Below are positions 34,983 to 49,219 of a DNA stretch of 64,000 bases, one piece after another. Under the pieces are notes generated by a model. The model saw only the letters and a list, made by a program, of their open reading frames with translations. It did no database searches and was not told the origin of the DNA. This DNA comes from Adineta vaga (lineage: Eukaryota > Animalia > Rotifera), in assembly GCA_021613535.1 (NCBI GenBank), contig CP075494.1, positions 5,022,001-5,086,000 on the forward strand, in the 5' to 3' direction. Every line of letters starts with the position of its first letter. Within the stretch, counting starts at the first letter, position 1. The position numbers and the translations under genes are program-made.

Positions 34983-37900
34983 ATGTCTACAAAGAATAAA
35001 TTTAATCATTTTATTACTATTCTTATCATAACGATCAACAAATTAACAGGTATTAAAGAAAATTTCCTATGAAAAACTGCGATTTCTTTCACTTTATAGC
35101 TGTCTCATACAATCAACCAACATTCTGTTCAACAGCAGCTTGGAATAGTGAAGGAATTACTTTTGCTAATTGGACAACAGTCGGTTCTAAACCTGTCGCC
35201 ATTTTTGTGAACATAAATAATACAATCTATATTGCTAATCGAGACAACAGTAGTATTATAATCTGGTTTAATAATAGTATCGATACAACAACGATATATC
35301 CGGACAAGTATTCAAGTTTGAATTCTATCTTTGTTATGAACAATGGAGATATTTTCATCGATAATGGTGACTTTAACGGTCGAGTTGATAAATGGATATC
35401 AAATACAAATACATCCGTTACTGTTATGAACGTTACATCATCATGTTGGGGTCTGTTTGTCGATGTGAATGATGTTTTATATTGCTCTATGTATGATGTT
35501 CATCAAGTTGTAAAAAAATGGTTAAATGATTCGCAAATGACAACAGAAATTGCCGCTGGAACAGGTGTTGAAGGATCTGCCATGAATGAACTTGATCGAC
35601 CACATGGAATTTTTGTTGATAAAAATTCAAATTTATATGTAGCAGATTTTTACAATGATCGAATTCAATTATTTCAATTGGGTGAATCGAATGGAATGAC
35701 AGTAGCCGGAAGAACGTCATCAAAGATAACAATCGAACTTGAAAATCCGACTGGAATTGTATTAGATAATGATCAATATATGTTCATTGTTGATTCTTGG
35801 AATCATCGAATTGTTGGAGAAGGATCTGCTGGTTTCCGATGTTTAGTTGGATGTGAACAAAATAGTTTATTTTCTCATCAATTAAGTGTGCCATATACGT
35901 TTAGTTTTGATAGTGTTGGAAATATGTTTGTTACAGATTATAACAATCATCGAATCCAACAATTTCTGCTTTTAGACAATTCTTGTGGTAAGTGAGTAGT
36001 ATGTATACTTTTTTTTCATCTTGTGATCATGACTATTCTGCAACTATTAGATAGCAATATATTTCGAATGCAGTGATGAGTACACCGAGATGGAAAAGAA
36101 TAAAAATCATTTCTATTTCTCTATTCATAATACAGATCTTTGCTGATTTTTTTTTCTTCGTTCAATAGTTAATTCGTCGCTAATAGAATCTTTGTATTCA
36201 TCAGCGCTAACTCTCAATAGTTCTACATATATCCAAGATTGTTCTAACTCAATATCTTACTATGAATCGATACAAATGAAAGTTGACATAACTGGTTTCT
36301 ATACTCTACTAAGTAATAGCACTATTGACACATACGGCTACATTTACAACTACCCTTTCGATCCATTTAATCCATCTGCAAATTTACTTACGGAAGACGA
36401 TGATGGTAACAATTATCATCAGTTTAAATTAAAAATCGTTCTGCACGCCAATGTGTCATATATATTAGTTGTCACATCGTATGGCTCAAAGGTGATAGGA
36501 AACTTCTCGATCTTGGCATCTGGTCCAAGCAACATCAATTTCGTTCGTATTCGTGAGTATCTACACTATGAATATCATAGGAACTAGTACTAAATTATAA
36601 AATGCATAAGAAGCCAACGTTTATAAATCGTTTTGTATGATAGAGAATAATAGAAGTTTAATTTCACTCAATGGATTTCATACTTTACAAATCAACTATG
36701 AATGTTGATTAGTATCTAGATTCAGATATATTCTACACTGATACAGATATTCGATTTAAATGAATTTTTATTCCGATATAGTTTCTTGTAATTAAAATAG
36801 AGCTGTTTCTTTATAACTTGCGGCAACAGGATATCGCAGAGATATCATGAAAAACGAATTTATTGATCGTACCGTTTATTAACTTTCATCAAAGCACAAT
36901 TCAGAAGAAAGAAAAACGTGAAATTTTGTTTGATAGAAGAATTCATATTCATATTTATTTAAACTCATACAGAGATAGAATGATTTCGAATTATTTTCAT
37001 TCTTTATTTAGAAAATAGTTCATCAATCGTTGAATCAATCCATTCATCGAAGTTAACTGTCAATAGTTCCATTTATTTTAAAGATTGTTCGAAATCAGCT
37101 TCCTACTATGAAGCAATACAAGTGATGGTCAATACCACTGACCTTTACACTCTGCGAAGCTATAGTAGTGAAGACACTCGCGGTCATCTCTACAAACACA
37201 ATTTCAACCTGTTCAATCTTTCTGAGAATTTACTCATACATGATGATTCCAGTTGCATAAACGGTCACTTTCAACTCACCTATATCCTGCAGAGCAACAT
37301 TACATATATATTATTTGTCACAACATCTTCATCAAACATAACAGCCGATGTCTTGATTATTGGATCTGGTAAAAATCCCATAAATTTCACTCGAATTAGT
37401 GAGTATCAGTACGATTTTTACGAGAAAATTAATTTTCAACAAAACGGATACATGTCAATGTTTATAATGTAAAACAATATGCGTACAAACAGTTTTCTGA
37501 TGATTTCATTTCTTTTCGTCTAACTTAAAAATGTGTATTAACTCGATTGGGACACTCGGATATCTATGCAATTCTTTGTACAGAAAATCAGGACCAATTA
37601 GAGAGAGTTTTTCTAAAGCTAGTGGTCAAGAAAATTCTTTACCATCGTTTTCATGTTGACTATAATTTGCATCACTACTAATTCTTCTGAACATGATTTA
37701 TAAACATGTCTGTGAACAAAAAAAGGCGGTGTGTGAAAAGTCTTTCTATCATTGTGTACAGTTTATAAAGTTCATTTGTTATTATTTTACTGCTTAGCTA
37801 CTTCATCAGTTGTTGAAATGATATATACATCAACGTTAACATCAAATAGTACAACATTTTTCGCAATGTGTTCGCCCATAAATACGCACTATGAAGCAAT

Positions 37901-39943
37901 ACAAATGCACGTCGCTGCAACTGGCCGCTATGTCTTTCAAAGTGATAGCACATTTTTCACACATGGATATATCTATCGAGATAATTTCGATCTATTCTAT
38001 CCATATTATAATTTACTTTCCGAAACTGATCTAAAATGCAGATTAGGCCAATTTACATATTCTGTTATACTTCAAAGCCATATCAAATATGTATTAATTG
38101 TGACAACAACTTCTTCAGATACGACAGGGGCTTTTTCAATAAGTATTACTGGTCCTGATACCATCCATCTGCAGAGTATTAGTGAGTATTTTTACCCTTT
38201 TGAAAACAAAAACTGCTTGAAGATTTCATTCTACTGTTTCATACTCAGATTTACATAACAACTCGTATAAGAGTTTTTCTGTTCAAAGTATAAGTTATAT
38301 TTTGGTTTTTTATTTTTCATCACATAGATACTTTATCAGCCACAGAACTGTCGTACTCATCAGTTGACCAATCAGAATATTCATCAGCATTAACTAGAAA
38401 TAGTCAAACGTACTCCCGAGATTGTCGAAAGCCAAATTACTATTATGAAACCATACGAATGAACGTGCTTGAAGCTGGCTATTATAGTATAACGAGCAAA
38501 AGCACTATCGCTACATTCGGTGATATCTATATAGATGAATTTGAACCGATCAATCCATTTGCCAATTTACTTCCGCAGAATTATCGTAGTTGCAGCTATT
38601 ACAACTTTAAGCTTATTCCTTATCTTCAGCCAAGTGTAACATACATATTGATTATAACAACATTTTCGCCGAATACAACGGGAAACTTTTCGATTATAAT
38701 ATCTGGTCCAAACAACGTCACTCGTTATCCTTTTAGTAAGTATTAATACTATTCTCAGTTGTAAATAGTGATACTCAACAGATACGAATTACTCATAGAG
38801 GATTTTTTTCAATGTTATTTTAACGAAAAAGAATCTTCTTATCTCTCTTTGGATACTCATCATAAGACATGTACTTCATACACGATATGATTATGTTTAG
38901 CTAAAGTGTTTACCACTTGTTCTATTGGTGAAAAATGTCGATTTTACACAAAAAATATTGGAATTATACTCGACGATATTTTGCGTGACGAGATTCAATC
39001 GAATACAACATTGAGTAATCAATCAATATCGGTGAAAATAAGTGCAGGTCTGACAATACTTATGTTCATTGCGGGTTTAATCAATAGTTTTCTGTCTGTG
39101 TTAACGTTTCGGAATAAAGAATTACTAAAAGTTGGTTGTGGAATCTATCTTTTAGCATCATCGATTACATCTGTGCTCACAATCTGTATGTTTACAATTA
39201 AATTTTGGTTTCTCATTCTCACTCAAATCAATACATTACTCCCATGGTCCGTTCTTCGAGGAGGTTGCACATCAATCGAACCTCTTCTAAAACTTTTCCT
39301 ATATTTCGACAGTTGGCTCAATGCTTGCGTAGCAATCGAACGAGCAATCCTTGTTTTCAAAGGAATTAATTTCAATAAACAGCAGAGCCAACGTATTGCT
39401 CCATGGATAATTATAATCTTACTGATTGGTATTATAAGTTCAATCGTTCACGAACCATTACATCGTGAAGTATTCCAAATAGAGAGAGACATGAACACAA
39501 TGGAAAGATATACTTATTGTATAACACGTTATTCTCGTTCTCTTCAACATTACAATACCATCATTCTTTTCTTTCATCTTGTTATTCCATTTACTGCCAA
39601 TCTATTTTCTGCTTTGTTTATTATATTTGGCTCTGCTCGACAACGATCCACGGTACAAAAAAATCGAACCTATTGAAAACATGTTTATCTACAATTAATT
39701 GAACACAAACAATTATTGATTAGTCCTATTATTCTACTAGTCTTATCTTTACCTCGCCTAATCATGTCATTGTTATCAGGATGTATTAATGCGTCTAACT
39801 ATCCATGGTTATTTCTCTTTGGCTATTTCATTTCATTTATTCCGTCGATACTTATTTTCATTATATTTGTTCTACCATCTAAATTATACAGGAAAACATT
39901 TCGAGCATCAATTCAACGTTGGCGACAACGAATTTATCACTAA
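34983..39943 (+). CDS. Multi-exon receptor: NHL beta-propeller + four repeated beta-sandwich modules + class A-like 7TM; one in-frame TGA in the last exon
   Basis: Exons 34983-35049, 35100-35987, 36169-36552, 37012-37398, 37798-38181, 38328-38735, 38901-39943, all joined by phase-1 GT-AG introns. NACVAIER in TM3. TGA at 39674-39676, with the frame continuing through two more TM helices. Confidence 0.8.
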
Positions 39944-40863
39944 TTACATTTTCTTTATTCTTTTCCTATCTTCTAAACGATGTTCAGATGGCAATGACAA
40001 AAAGACATTGTTACTCGCGTATTTTTAATAAAATTTTCGAAAAAGAACACACAGATCCTCAACAAAATTAGTGTGTTACGAATATAATTACAACTAATAT
40101 TTCTGTGCTTTTTTCTATTCGCAATCATTTATTCGGACAGTTCATTCATATGGTTACCATAATCGTCGACTATCATATATATTTCATTAGATGAATCACA
40201 TTTCAATAATATTTCGTACTCACAAAACAATTGACGAAAAATAATATCTAGACAATAGGACGATAGTTACCGTTAATGTTGCATTTTTCTTTTATTTTTG
40301 ACATAATCGCGTGGATGAACTAAGTAGAAAATGAAAAGAATTTACTATTTATCACGTGTACTAACACATAAATATACACATGTATTATCAACGATAGATG
40401 CATTAACGAAGAAATCGTTTGCCAATAAGGTACGTAATAAAAACAATATATGCATGAAACTATCTCCATTTAGCCAAATCGACATTTTTCGTAAGTATAA
40501 AAGAGTAAAAACTGTGACGAATCAGTGAAAAGCGTCATATCTTATATTTGTCCTTATTTTGTTCTTTTCACTTTCGGAAGGGTATATAAGTGACTGTTTG
40601 TGTGACAACCATGTGATATATGATATGTAGAAATAAAGTAAAGCGTAGTTTCAACAGCGCTAAAGCCTCTTCTATCAAAAATCATCACAAAAACGGTCTT
40701 GTATAGATATTTTATTCTATATTCAAAAGAAAAACTATCTAATTTTCTTTCCTGCTTCCATATTATTGCTCTACAGTGTTTCAATCAAAAAGAATGAAGA
40801 AAATTTGTTATTTTTTAGTTTCTACTAAATCGATTTTCGTACGATAAACTATACGCTGCAACA

Positions 40864-41592
40864 ATGATAATTTATCTTATTTCTGGACCACGAAATTGTT
40901 CTACAGCTCTGATGTACTCATTCAGTCAACGACCCGATACGACTGTCATTGATGAACCATTTTATGGTATGTGGTTAACAAACAACAATCAACCACAACC
41001 ATTTTTTGACGAAATTGTTCAATCAATGGAATGTTATAACTCCGACAAAATTCATGATCTTATTGAAGAAAAAGAAAAACTTAAAGGCAATGTTTTTGCT
41101 AAAAATATGGCTAATACGGTTAAATATATGAATAGGAGACGTCTATTAAATTATCATCCATTATTTCTTATTCGTGATCCAGTTGATACAATTATATCAC
41201 ATGCTAAAATATATCCACACGTTAGTGCCGAAGATCTATGTTTAGAACATCAAATTGAATTATATGATTGGTTAAAAGCGACGTTAAAGGAAGATCCACT
41301 TGTTATTGATGGTAATGAATTACGAAAAGATCCGATATCAGTATTAACTCAAGTATGTAGTCGATTGAATATACCATTCATGGATCAAATGTTGTCATGG
41401 CCAGTTGGTTCTAATTCTGCTGATGGTATTTGGTCGAAAGCGTGGTATAAAGGTGTTCATTCATCCAGTGGTTTTATTCCACTACCATTAATCAAATCAA
41501 CGCGAGAAGATATTCCAAATGAAATTATTCCAGTTTATGATCAAGCCTTACCACTTTATCAAAAACTTTTCTCATACAGTATTCGAGCTTGA
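40864..41592 (+). CDS. Sulfotransferase-like P-loop protein (type related to the N-terminal domain of BCAT-like proteins), intronless
   Basis: Motifs SGPRNCSTALMYSFSQR, DEPFY, FLIRDP, DGIWSKAWY and SSGF. Confidence 0.85.
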   Translation: MIIYLISGPRNCSTALMYSFSQRPDTTVIDEPFYGMWLTNNNQPQPFFDEIVQSMECYNSDKIHDLIEEKEKLKGNVFAKNMANTVKYMNRRRLLNYHPLFLIRDPVDTIISHAKIYPHVSAEDLCLEHQIELYDWLKATLKEDPLVIDGNELRKDPISVLTQVCSRLNIPFMDQMLSWPVGSNSADGIWSKAWYKGVHSSSGFIPLPLIKSTREDIPNEIIPVYDQALPLYQKLFSYSIRA

Positions 41593-41828
41593 ATCGATAT
41601 TGAAATCTATGAAGTATATTTAAATAAAGAAAAATTGATCGTTTTATTTTATTGAAAGCATGAATGAAATTTCTTCCGAGCTTGCAAGAAACTTATGTGG
41701 TGACATTTTATATTGAAACCTTTTCAGTCTGGAGGAGAATAATTTATTCAATACATCATGAATGATTACAATTCAAAAACGAAATAATAGAATAATGAAT
41801 AAAGTATATTCTGCACCATTTTGTTAAT

Positions 41829-44800
41829 TTAAGTTCGATTTTCTAAGAGAACTAACCATTTGTCATTGTATTCTTTATTGCGTCGACAACTGTCTTCCCA
41901 TCGGTTAATTCTTTCTTGATCAAATTGACTTCTATCTCGTCGTCGTTCATCTCCGACAACTTGTTCACCACAGCTATGTTTTCCTTTTTTTACATCCACC
42001 GTTACCTGAACCTGTTGTTACTGTTGCATCACAACATATCCATTTGTATTTCGTTTTCTGTCGTTCAAGTTCTTCACGACGATCCGGATTCCGGATAATT
42101 AATTATATCACATTCAAGTTTGTTTAACATATGTGCTACTTCAGTTTATGTGTGCTTAGTTAGATCAGATGCTGAATTATCATATATGAAACCATCATGA
42201 TGAACACAATTGCCTGAAATAAAAACTTAGATAATTACTAAATTAGAGAAATATGTCTTTTTCGTACCCATCTTGTTTTCATTTTCTATATAATGATCTT
42301 TATATTTCACACATTTAAGAATATCTTCTGCTTTACGTCGTCCCACTTCAAGTTCGTCTTCTTCACGTCTTGTTCGTGCAAATTGAACATCCGATGAGAA
42401 CTGTCTTGAAAGGAAAGGTTCTCGAATAACAGCAACTGTCCATTTTTCCACTGTTTGCTGCCCTTCACTATTAATGTCTAATTGCTGTTCAACAACAGCT
42501 TCACGAAATCGTGCTCGAACATAAGTATATACACTTTGATTGACGACAGATGAACTAAATGATCGACCCATAGATGAATCAGATTCAGATTTATTAACAC
42601 TAACGAGAGCATCAAGATCATAAATAATCATTGATCGTGCATAAGCTACACATTCGTCATAACGTTCTTTGAGTGTTTCAAATACTTTCTTCTCGTCATA
42701 TGCACCTTGTGATGCAAGTAGATAGAGATCAATCAGTTGAAGAAGCTGGACATTTCGATCTTTGCCATATATAGTTAATCGTTCAAAAAGACTTTGAACA
42801 CTTGTTTCATTGGGAGAAAGCTTATGCTCAATCATAGAAACATGTCCTCCTGTTTCAATAATTTCAATTCGTGCACTACCACCATGTAAATCAACAATAA
42901 TGCGTCCAGTATATATGCGTCGTGATAGATGATTCATACCAGTGTTTGATTTATTCGTAAGATTGCGTAGAAGTAGACGAGGTAATGTTTCACTACCGAG
43001 AAAGATTTGATATTGTTGAGCAGTACGATCGACTATTTTCAATGCTTCTTGATAATTGACATGAAAATTTGGTCGCTTTCTTTGAGTGGCCATACAAAGA
43101 ATAGTGACAGCTCGAGTAAATGCTCTGAAAGAAAAAACAGAAAGAAGAAAATTATTATGATAACAAAGTATTATGATAAAACGTACTTGCATGCTGCACC
43201 ACTAAAATTTATGGTCGCAATTACTAAACGATCGATGAGATCCGGTTCAAGAGCCTATTTTGGTATTTGAGCTAAAATTGTTGTGCGTGCTTATGATGAA
43301 GGTCGACCAACAAAGAATTTACCAGACATACGTCGTAGGAAAGCTTCATCGATCATATGTAAACGATTTGTAGCACAAAAGATCATGAGATTAGGTATAT
43401 CTTTCATACCATCGATCAATGAGAGCAGAACACTAATCTTATCTACTTTTCCTTCACTGGAATCTTCGTCATGTTTTAGCGCAAGTGAATCAATTTCATT
43501 AATTGACAAACAACACATCGCGTAGGGTACGCGATAACATCGGGATGCAAGCGCAATGATAACTCGTTCAGATCCACCAACTAAAGGACGATTGAGTTCA
43601 CCTGCTGCTAATGGTGGACCAACCATACAGATGCCTAATTTCATGCTTAGTTTGCTCATGATTTCTGATTTACCCGTACCAGGAGGTCCATACATAATAA
43701 ATCCACATGCAGGTTTTACAAGTCCTTTATCAACGGGTTGTTGTGGTTGACTTAATTCAGTTTGAATATTTTGAATTTGAATTTTCAATTCATCAACACA
43801 TTTTTCATATGATGCAATATTATTGATCCATTGATTTATATTTTGTTCATACGTATGTATTTGTTAATTCAACTGATTTCGATCAGATTGCCATTGATTA
43901 TTCAATTGTTTTAATAATATTGCTTGTTCTCGTGGTGAGGTTGTCGTTGTCATTTGTGACCGATCATTCAAGTAGACATCGTGTGCTACCTCCACTGTCT
44001 TTTGTAAATCGGTAATTTTCTCATCAAATTCCCACCGATGACTTGTTGCAGTTCTCGATTGTGCTTCTAAATCTTGAACTTTTTCGATTAATTGATTTAA
44101 ATCTTGCTATCGTGTTTGCCGATTCGCATGAGATCTGTCCATTTTAAGTTCTTGTCCAGATATTGTCAACGGTAAAAAGAATTCTCTCATTGTAGAGAAA
44201 AGTCCATCATCTGCATAACCTTCTTCTCGCATTTCAGCAAATGATGCATCAATACAAGCTGCTTCCAATTTAGGTAGGGAACAATTGTCTTGAAGTGCTG
44301 ACTCGAAACGAAATGTGTGATATATAAAAAGTTTAATCAAATGTAGATTAGCGAAAAGTTCAGACAGAGATCTATTTGATGTGCTATCTGAAAAATAGAT
44401 AGGTCTTATACAGTTTCATTAAAGAAAGGTGCATTACCTACGGATGTTGAAAGTTCTTGAGTAGGTGTACTTTTCTCAAATAAACGTCGTCGATCATCAG
44501 CAGCACTCTCTCGTTCTCTATCAACCGCTGCTTTCAGTATTCTTTTGGCATTCAATGACAACTTTTTTATATGATCTCATTCAGTTTGTTTCAAATTAGA
44601 TAGATGATTAAAGGAAAAAATATCTTCCTCATGCAATGCTTTGATCCAGGCTTCACTTTGCGTATTATCTTCTTATGCACATACATCGATAACAAATTGT
44701 TCAAGAGAAGTTGTACGGGGACGTTCGAATATAGGAGATATTTTTGTTTTACCTAATTTGTTGACTACCACTAAAGACACATTCACAATAGATATGGGTA

Positions 44801-45714
44801 TCGTCAGGTAGAATCCAACGAGTTGGAAAGGACTCCTCGGAATAAGGATGAAGTTCCATTTCTAATAGATTACGAAAGTGATCATACGACCATGTACCAA
44901 ATTCATCAGTAATGCTAAGAGGTTCAACAAGACGAAGTCGTGCTGCTTGCCGTTTTCGAATCGTACTTAATGAGCGCATCTGCTCATGAATAAATAGTGC
45001 TAGTATTGCATTACGATGAAGAAGAAATTGACTATTGTGATGTAATAGTGGTGATGTGTCATCATTAGTAAACCTACAATAGAATTTTCTTAAATAATGA
45101 ATCAGTTAAAAAATGTGAAGCTTCTAGATTTATCCCCAATAAGCTGAATGTAATGTTTCGTTTTAGAATAAAAAATACTACAGAAGTATCCTTATAGTTA
45201 ATGAAATAGTCGATCTATGTGATTATAGATAGGAGTTGTGAGTGCAAATAAAGAGAGAAAAAGTCTACCGATGAAATTGCTTACTCGTTGTTGTTGGTTA
45301 TCTCGAGAATTCGTAAAAGAAAATTTCTTAGAAAATCCTCCATATATTTTCCTGGATATTTGATGACGAGAATGCATTTGATATTCAGTAGTTCCGTTGG
45401 TACTATTTCTTCTGATCTTTTTTGTTTATGCTTAGGTGTTGGTTGCGTTTGTTTTGAGTCAGTATCTTGAACTAGACTCGACTGCAATTCTTCTATTAAG
45501 TCTTGCATGAGCATATCCAGACATAAAAGTGTTTGGTCGCCTTCAATAATGCACTTTTATCAATTTCATGTCCATCGAATATATCAATATTCGATATTCT
45601 TCGATAATGATCGCGAAAAGTTGTCACATTCACTTCATTTATGGACACACCAACTTTTAAATAATTATAAATCGTCATCATCAGCGCTGTTGTTGTTGGT
45701 AAATTTGTAGCCAT
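41829..45714 (-). pseudogene. Large AAA+ ATPase gene with a C-terminal Cys/His motif, heavily disrupted
   Basis: Walker A GPPGTGKS; degenerate Walker B SINEIDS; SRH ATNRLHMIDEAFLRR. Stops at 43291 and 43255; intron ~43186..43125; tail CVHHDG...WICCD...GCKKGKH; upstream exons broken. Outer boundaries approximate. Confidence 0.8.
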
Positions 45715-46555
45715 TATCTAGAAAGGAAAAGACACAATTGTTGTGAATGAAAAAAAAAGTGTATAAAATCACCCAGTTCACTTCTTTATAAATAAAGAGT
45801 CTTACGTCATTTGGTAATTTATTTTACCAACTAAATAATGCATTGTTTTAGAATGGAAAATTCATAGTCATATAGCACTTGCATTCTTATTCATTCTCTT
45901 ATTTATTTTTAATTGATTGAACTGCTACGGAACGTTGCAAAGCGCGTGACATGATGATGTTGATTCTTTGTCAAATGTTTTCATACGATTATGAATCACA
46001 TAGTTGTACGTCCTCGTAAAAAAAAGAATTTTTTAAATTTTCGAGCGCTTTGTAGACTGATGGTGCAATGACAAACATAATACTTTTGTGTTGTTAAAAG
46101 AGTGGTGGATTTTTAAAGGTTTATTCCTAGAGTTTGTTGAAGGAATCCTTGGATAAGGGTATATTATTCATAAAAATAAAAGAAAAGCTTAACAATTTTT
46201 TGTTGCTAGTTAAGTCATTAGACAAACTTTACTTTTCATATATGAGACAATCGTAGTATTATAATCAAATTTTATTTTAGTATGCTGAGCACAGAGTGAG
46301 ATATCCTTCTTGTATATATAGTATAAGTTTAGTAAAAGCATTTCATGTTACGAAGATTCTTGAACCATTACATAGTTTCATTACATTGCGTACAGCTCAG
46401 CACCTGTCTTTTTTGTTGTTAATATCAATTATCAAATAGTTTTCATTCTAACATTCATATTAATACTTCATATCTTATTTCTTTTGTATCAGTCTTACTA
46501 ACGAAAGTATTTTTCAAATACTGTAGTATAACTTCCTAGTACTATCCTCTATAAT

Positions 46556-48874
46556 ATGGCCTCCAACATACACGCTATTGAAAAAGCTAATCATGAATCG
46601 TAGAATATGAAGGATCAAAGACAGCATTTAGAGAGTGAAAAGCAAGCCGCCAAGGACGAATTACGAACTGTTGAAAAACGTATAGATGAACTTAAACAAG
46701 CTTCTAGAAATCACGAAGCAAATTCGACGTCTTGACGATCAAATAAAACAGCTGAATGCTGAACTAGAACGGTTAGAACAACAACTTGAAGATGTACGTG
46801 ATTAGCAAGTATACGTCTAGAACAACAATGTCGCTAGCAACAGTTAGAACATGATCTTTTACAAGATAAACTCGATCGAGAAACGGAACGACTTCATGAA
46901 CTTGAAGAACAACTCAGAGAACTAGAAGATCAAAAGTGTGAACTCGAAGAAGAACGTACACAACTTGAACAGCGTCGACAACGACTTGAACAAGAAATAC
47001 AACGAATAGAAGCACAAATTGTTCAACTTGAACAGCAAATTCAGGAATTAGAAAATCGTCTTCAACAATTAAATGAAGAAATACGACGATTAAAAAAGGA
47101 AATCGAAGATTTACAAAAACAAATTGCGACAATCGAAGAAGCAAAACAAAAAGTTGAAGAACGTATTCGTGATAATACAATGAAACGCGATGCAAATGAA
47201 GCTGAACAAAAGAAGAATGAAGATCTCAAACGACGTATTAACCATCTAATTAATATTAAGAAAAATAACATAGAAGAATTGAAAAGACAAAAAACGAAAT
47301 TAGAAACAGAAAAACGTGAAATTGAAGTATTGATAAATCGTGCAAAGTCGAAATTACAAACTGCTCAAACAGCAATGAATAATGCTCAAAATATGGTTAA
47401 TCGAACTCAACAAGAGTTGACTAGAATTCGAAGTGTAATATGTGATGTCGAAGGTGCAATCCAGCAGCTCAATAGCAAGAAAAATAATCTACAGTAAGTT
47501 TTCTTTAATGATAATCTATAAGTTTGCATGATGCATATGTATACATATTTGACAGTAAAAGAAAGAAACTCTGTAAATAAATAATCTTAAATAGCTCTTT
47601 TTTGCTCTTAAGCTGAATTAAAAAATACTAAGAAGTTTATCTACTTCAGGGGTCAAATACAAACTCAGACAACTGAGCGTGCTAATCTCGATATGAAACG
47701 GCAGGAAACCAATACAAAACTTGAGACACAGAAGACCGAATTACAAAAAGCAGAACAACAACGAGATCGACTACAACAAAATGTAATTCGATTAGAAAAT
47801 GAATTGAACCAAGAAGAAGATAAACAACGGCAAGCTGAACAAGCTGCACAAAAACAAGAGCAACAAGTACGCAACGATGAAACAGCGTTACAACAGTCTG
47901 AAAATAAAGAATCAGCAGCCCGCAATGCTGAGCAACAAGCACAAGCTCAGGTTACCGCTTGTCAAACAAAAGTTACACAACAAACAAATTATCATCAATT
48001 GAGAGTAAGGGAACATACAACAGCTCGTGCACATACCGTAAAGTGTCGTACGATTGTTCAACAAGCTTGTGCCACACTTCAAATGCGAAAAAATGAACTC
48101 GAAACTCAGAAACAACGAGCTAATACTAAGAAGACTGAACTAGATCAACAGAAAAAAGTGGTAACTACAACTAAAGATAAACTCGAGAAATTGAAACAAG
48201 ATTGTACAAAAGCACAACAACAAGTTAATACAACCGAAAAACATGTGAAGAATGAGAAAACTCAATTGAACAAACAGAAGCAAATGTGTGATAAATTGAA
48301 AACTGAAATCAATCAACTTGATGCAGCAGTTAAAAATCTGGTTCAACGTATACAAAATCTCGATCAACAAATAAAATAATCGCAAGATGCTTCAAAGCAA
48401 ATCGAGATACAGTTAACTAATCAACAAAATCAGCTTGGATATCAGAAAAATCAAGAAGGAACAAAATCACGCGAATGTGATATGCAAATGGCTGAAGTAA
48501 GAAAACAAGGAGAAGTTGTACGTGCCAAGCAGATCGAAGTGACGCGAATTGAAAATCATCTTGAAAATATACAAACTAATCTTGATATATTGAATAAATT
48601 AGTTCCTGAACTTGAAAGAGAATTAGCTGAACAAGATCAAAAATTACAAGACACTCAAAAAGAAATGCAAAAACTGGAAAGAGATCATGCAAAACTTGAA
48701 TCAAACTTAGTCGAACAATCTCGTCGAGCAAAAATAGCTCGAACAGAACGAAATATTCAAGCAGCAAATCAACGTATTGAAACGCTCGAACCAGTCAGAG
48801 TACATCATCAAAACACCACTATATATCCAGAAGATGAAGATTACGTGTACAATAATGAAAAACTTCATCTCTAA
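46556..48874 (+). pseudogene. Long coiled-coil protein gene with multiple stops and frameshifts
   Basis: Continuous E/Q/K/R/L heptad coding from ATG 46556; TAG at ~46601 and ~46803, TAA at 48377; frameshifts near 46720 and 46810; intron 47494..47649. Confidence 0.8.
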
Positions 48875-49219
48875 ATAAATGATCTAGCAAAAATATTTCT
48901 GTATTTATGCGCTCAAGAAACACATGTCTACGATATTTTTTATTAGAAGAATTCTTGTTGTTTTCTTTTTATTTCAGAAAATTATCTATATTGTATAATA
49001 AACTTTGCTAATCTAGTTCAAACATATGTTAACTTAGATAGTTACGATACCAAACATTATTACAAGTAGTATCATAATAATCCTGAGAGAAACGGAGTGA
49101 ATTATATAAATTCATTATATTTATTTGTTATATGATTATTATATATTCTATATTGAGTGATAGTTATTAGTAAGAAAAGTATCATGTCCATTTTATATGT
49201 AAAAAGATAAATAATAAAT

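Noticed and set aside
46914-48767. Several minus-strand hydrophobic ORFs
   Set aside because: Antisense shadows of the GAA/CAA-rich coiled-coil gene.
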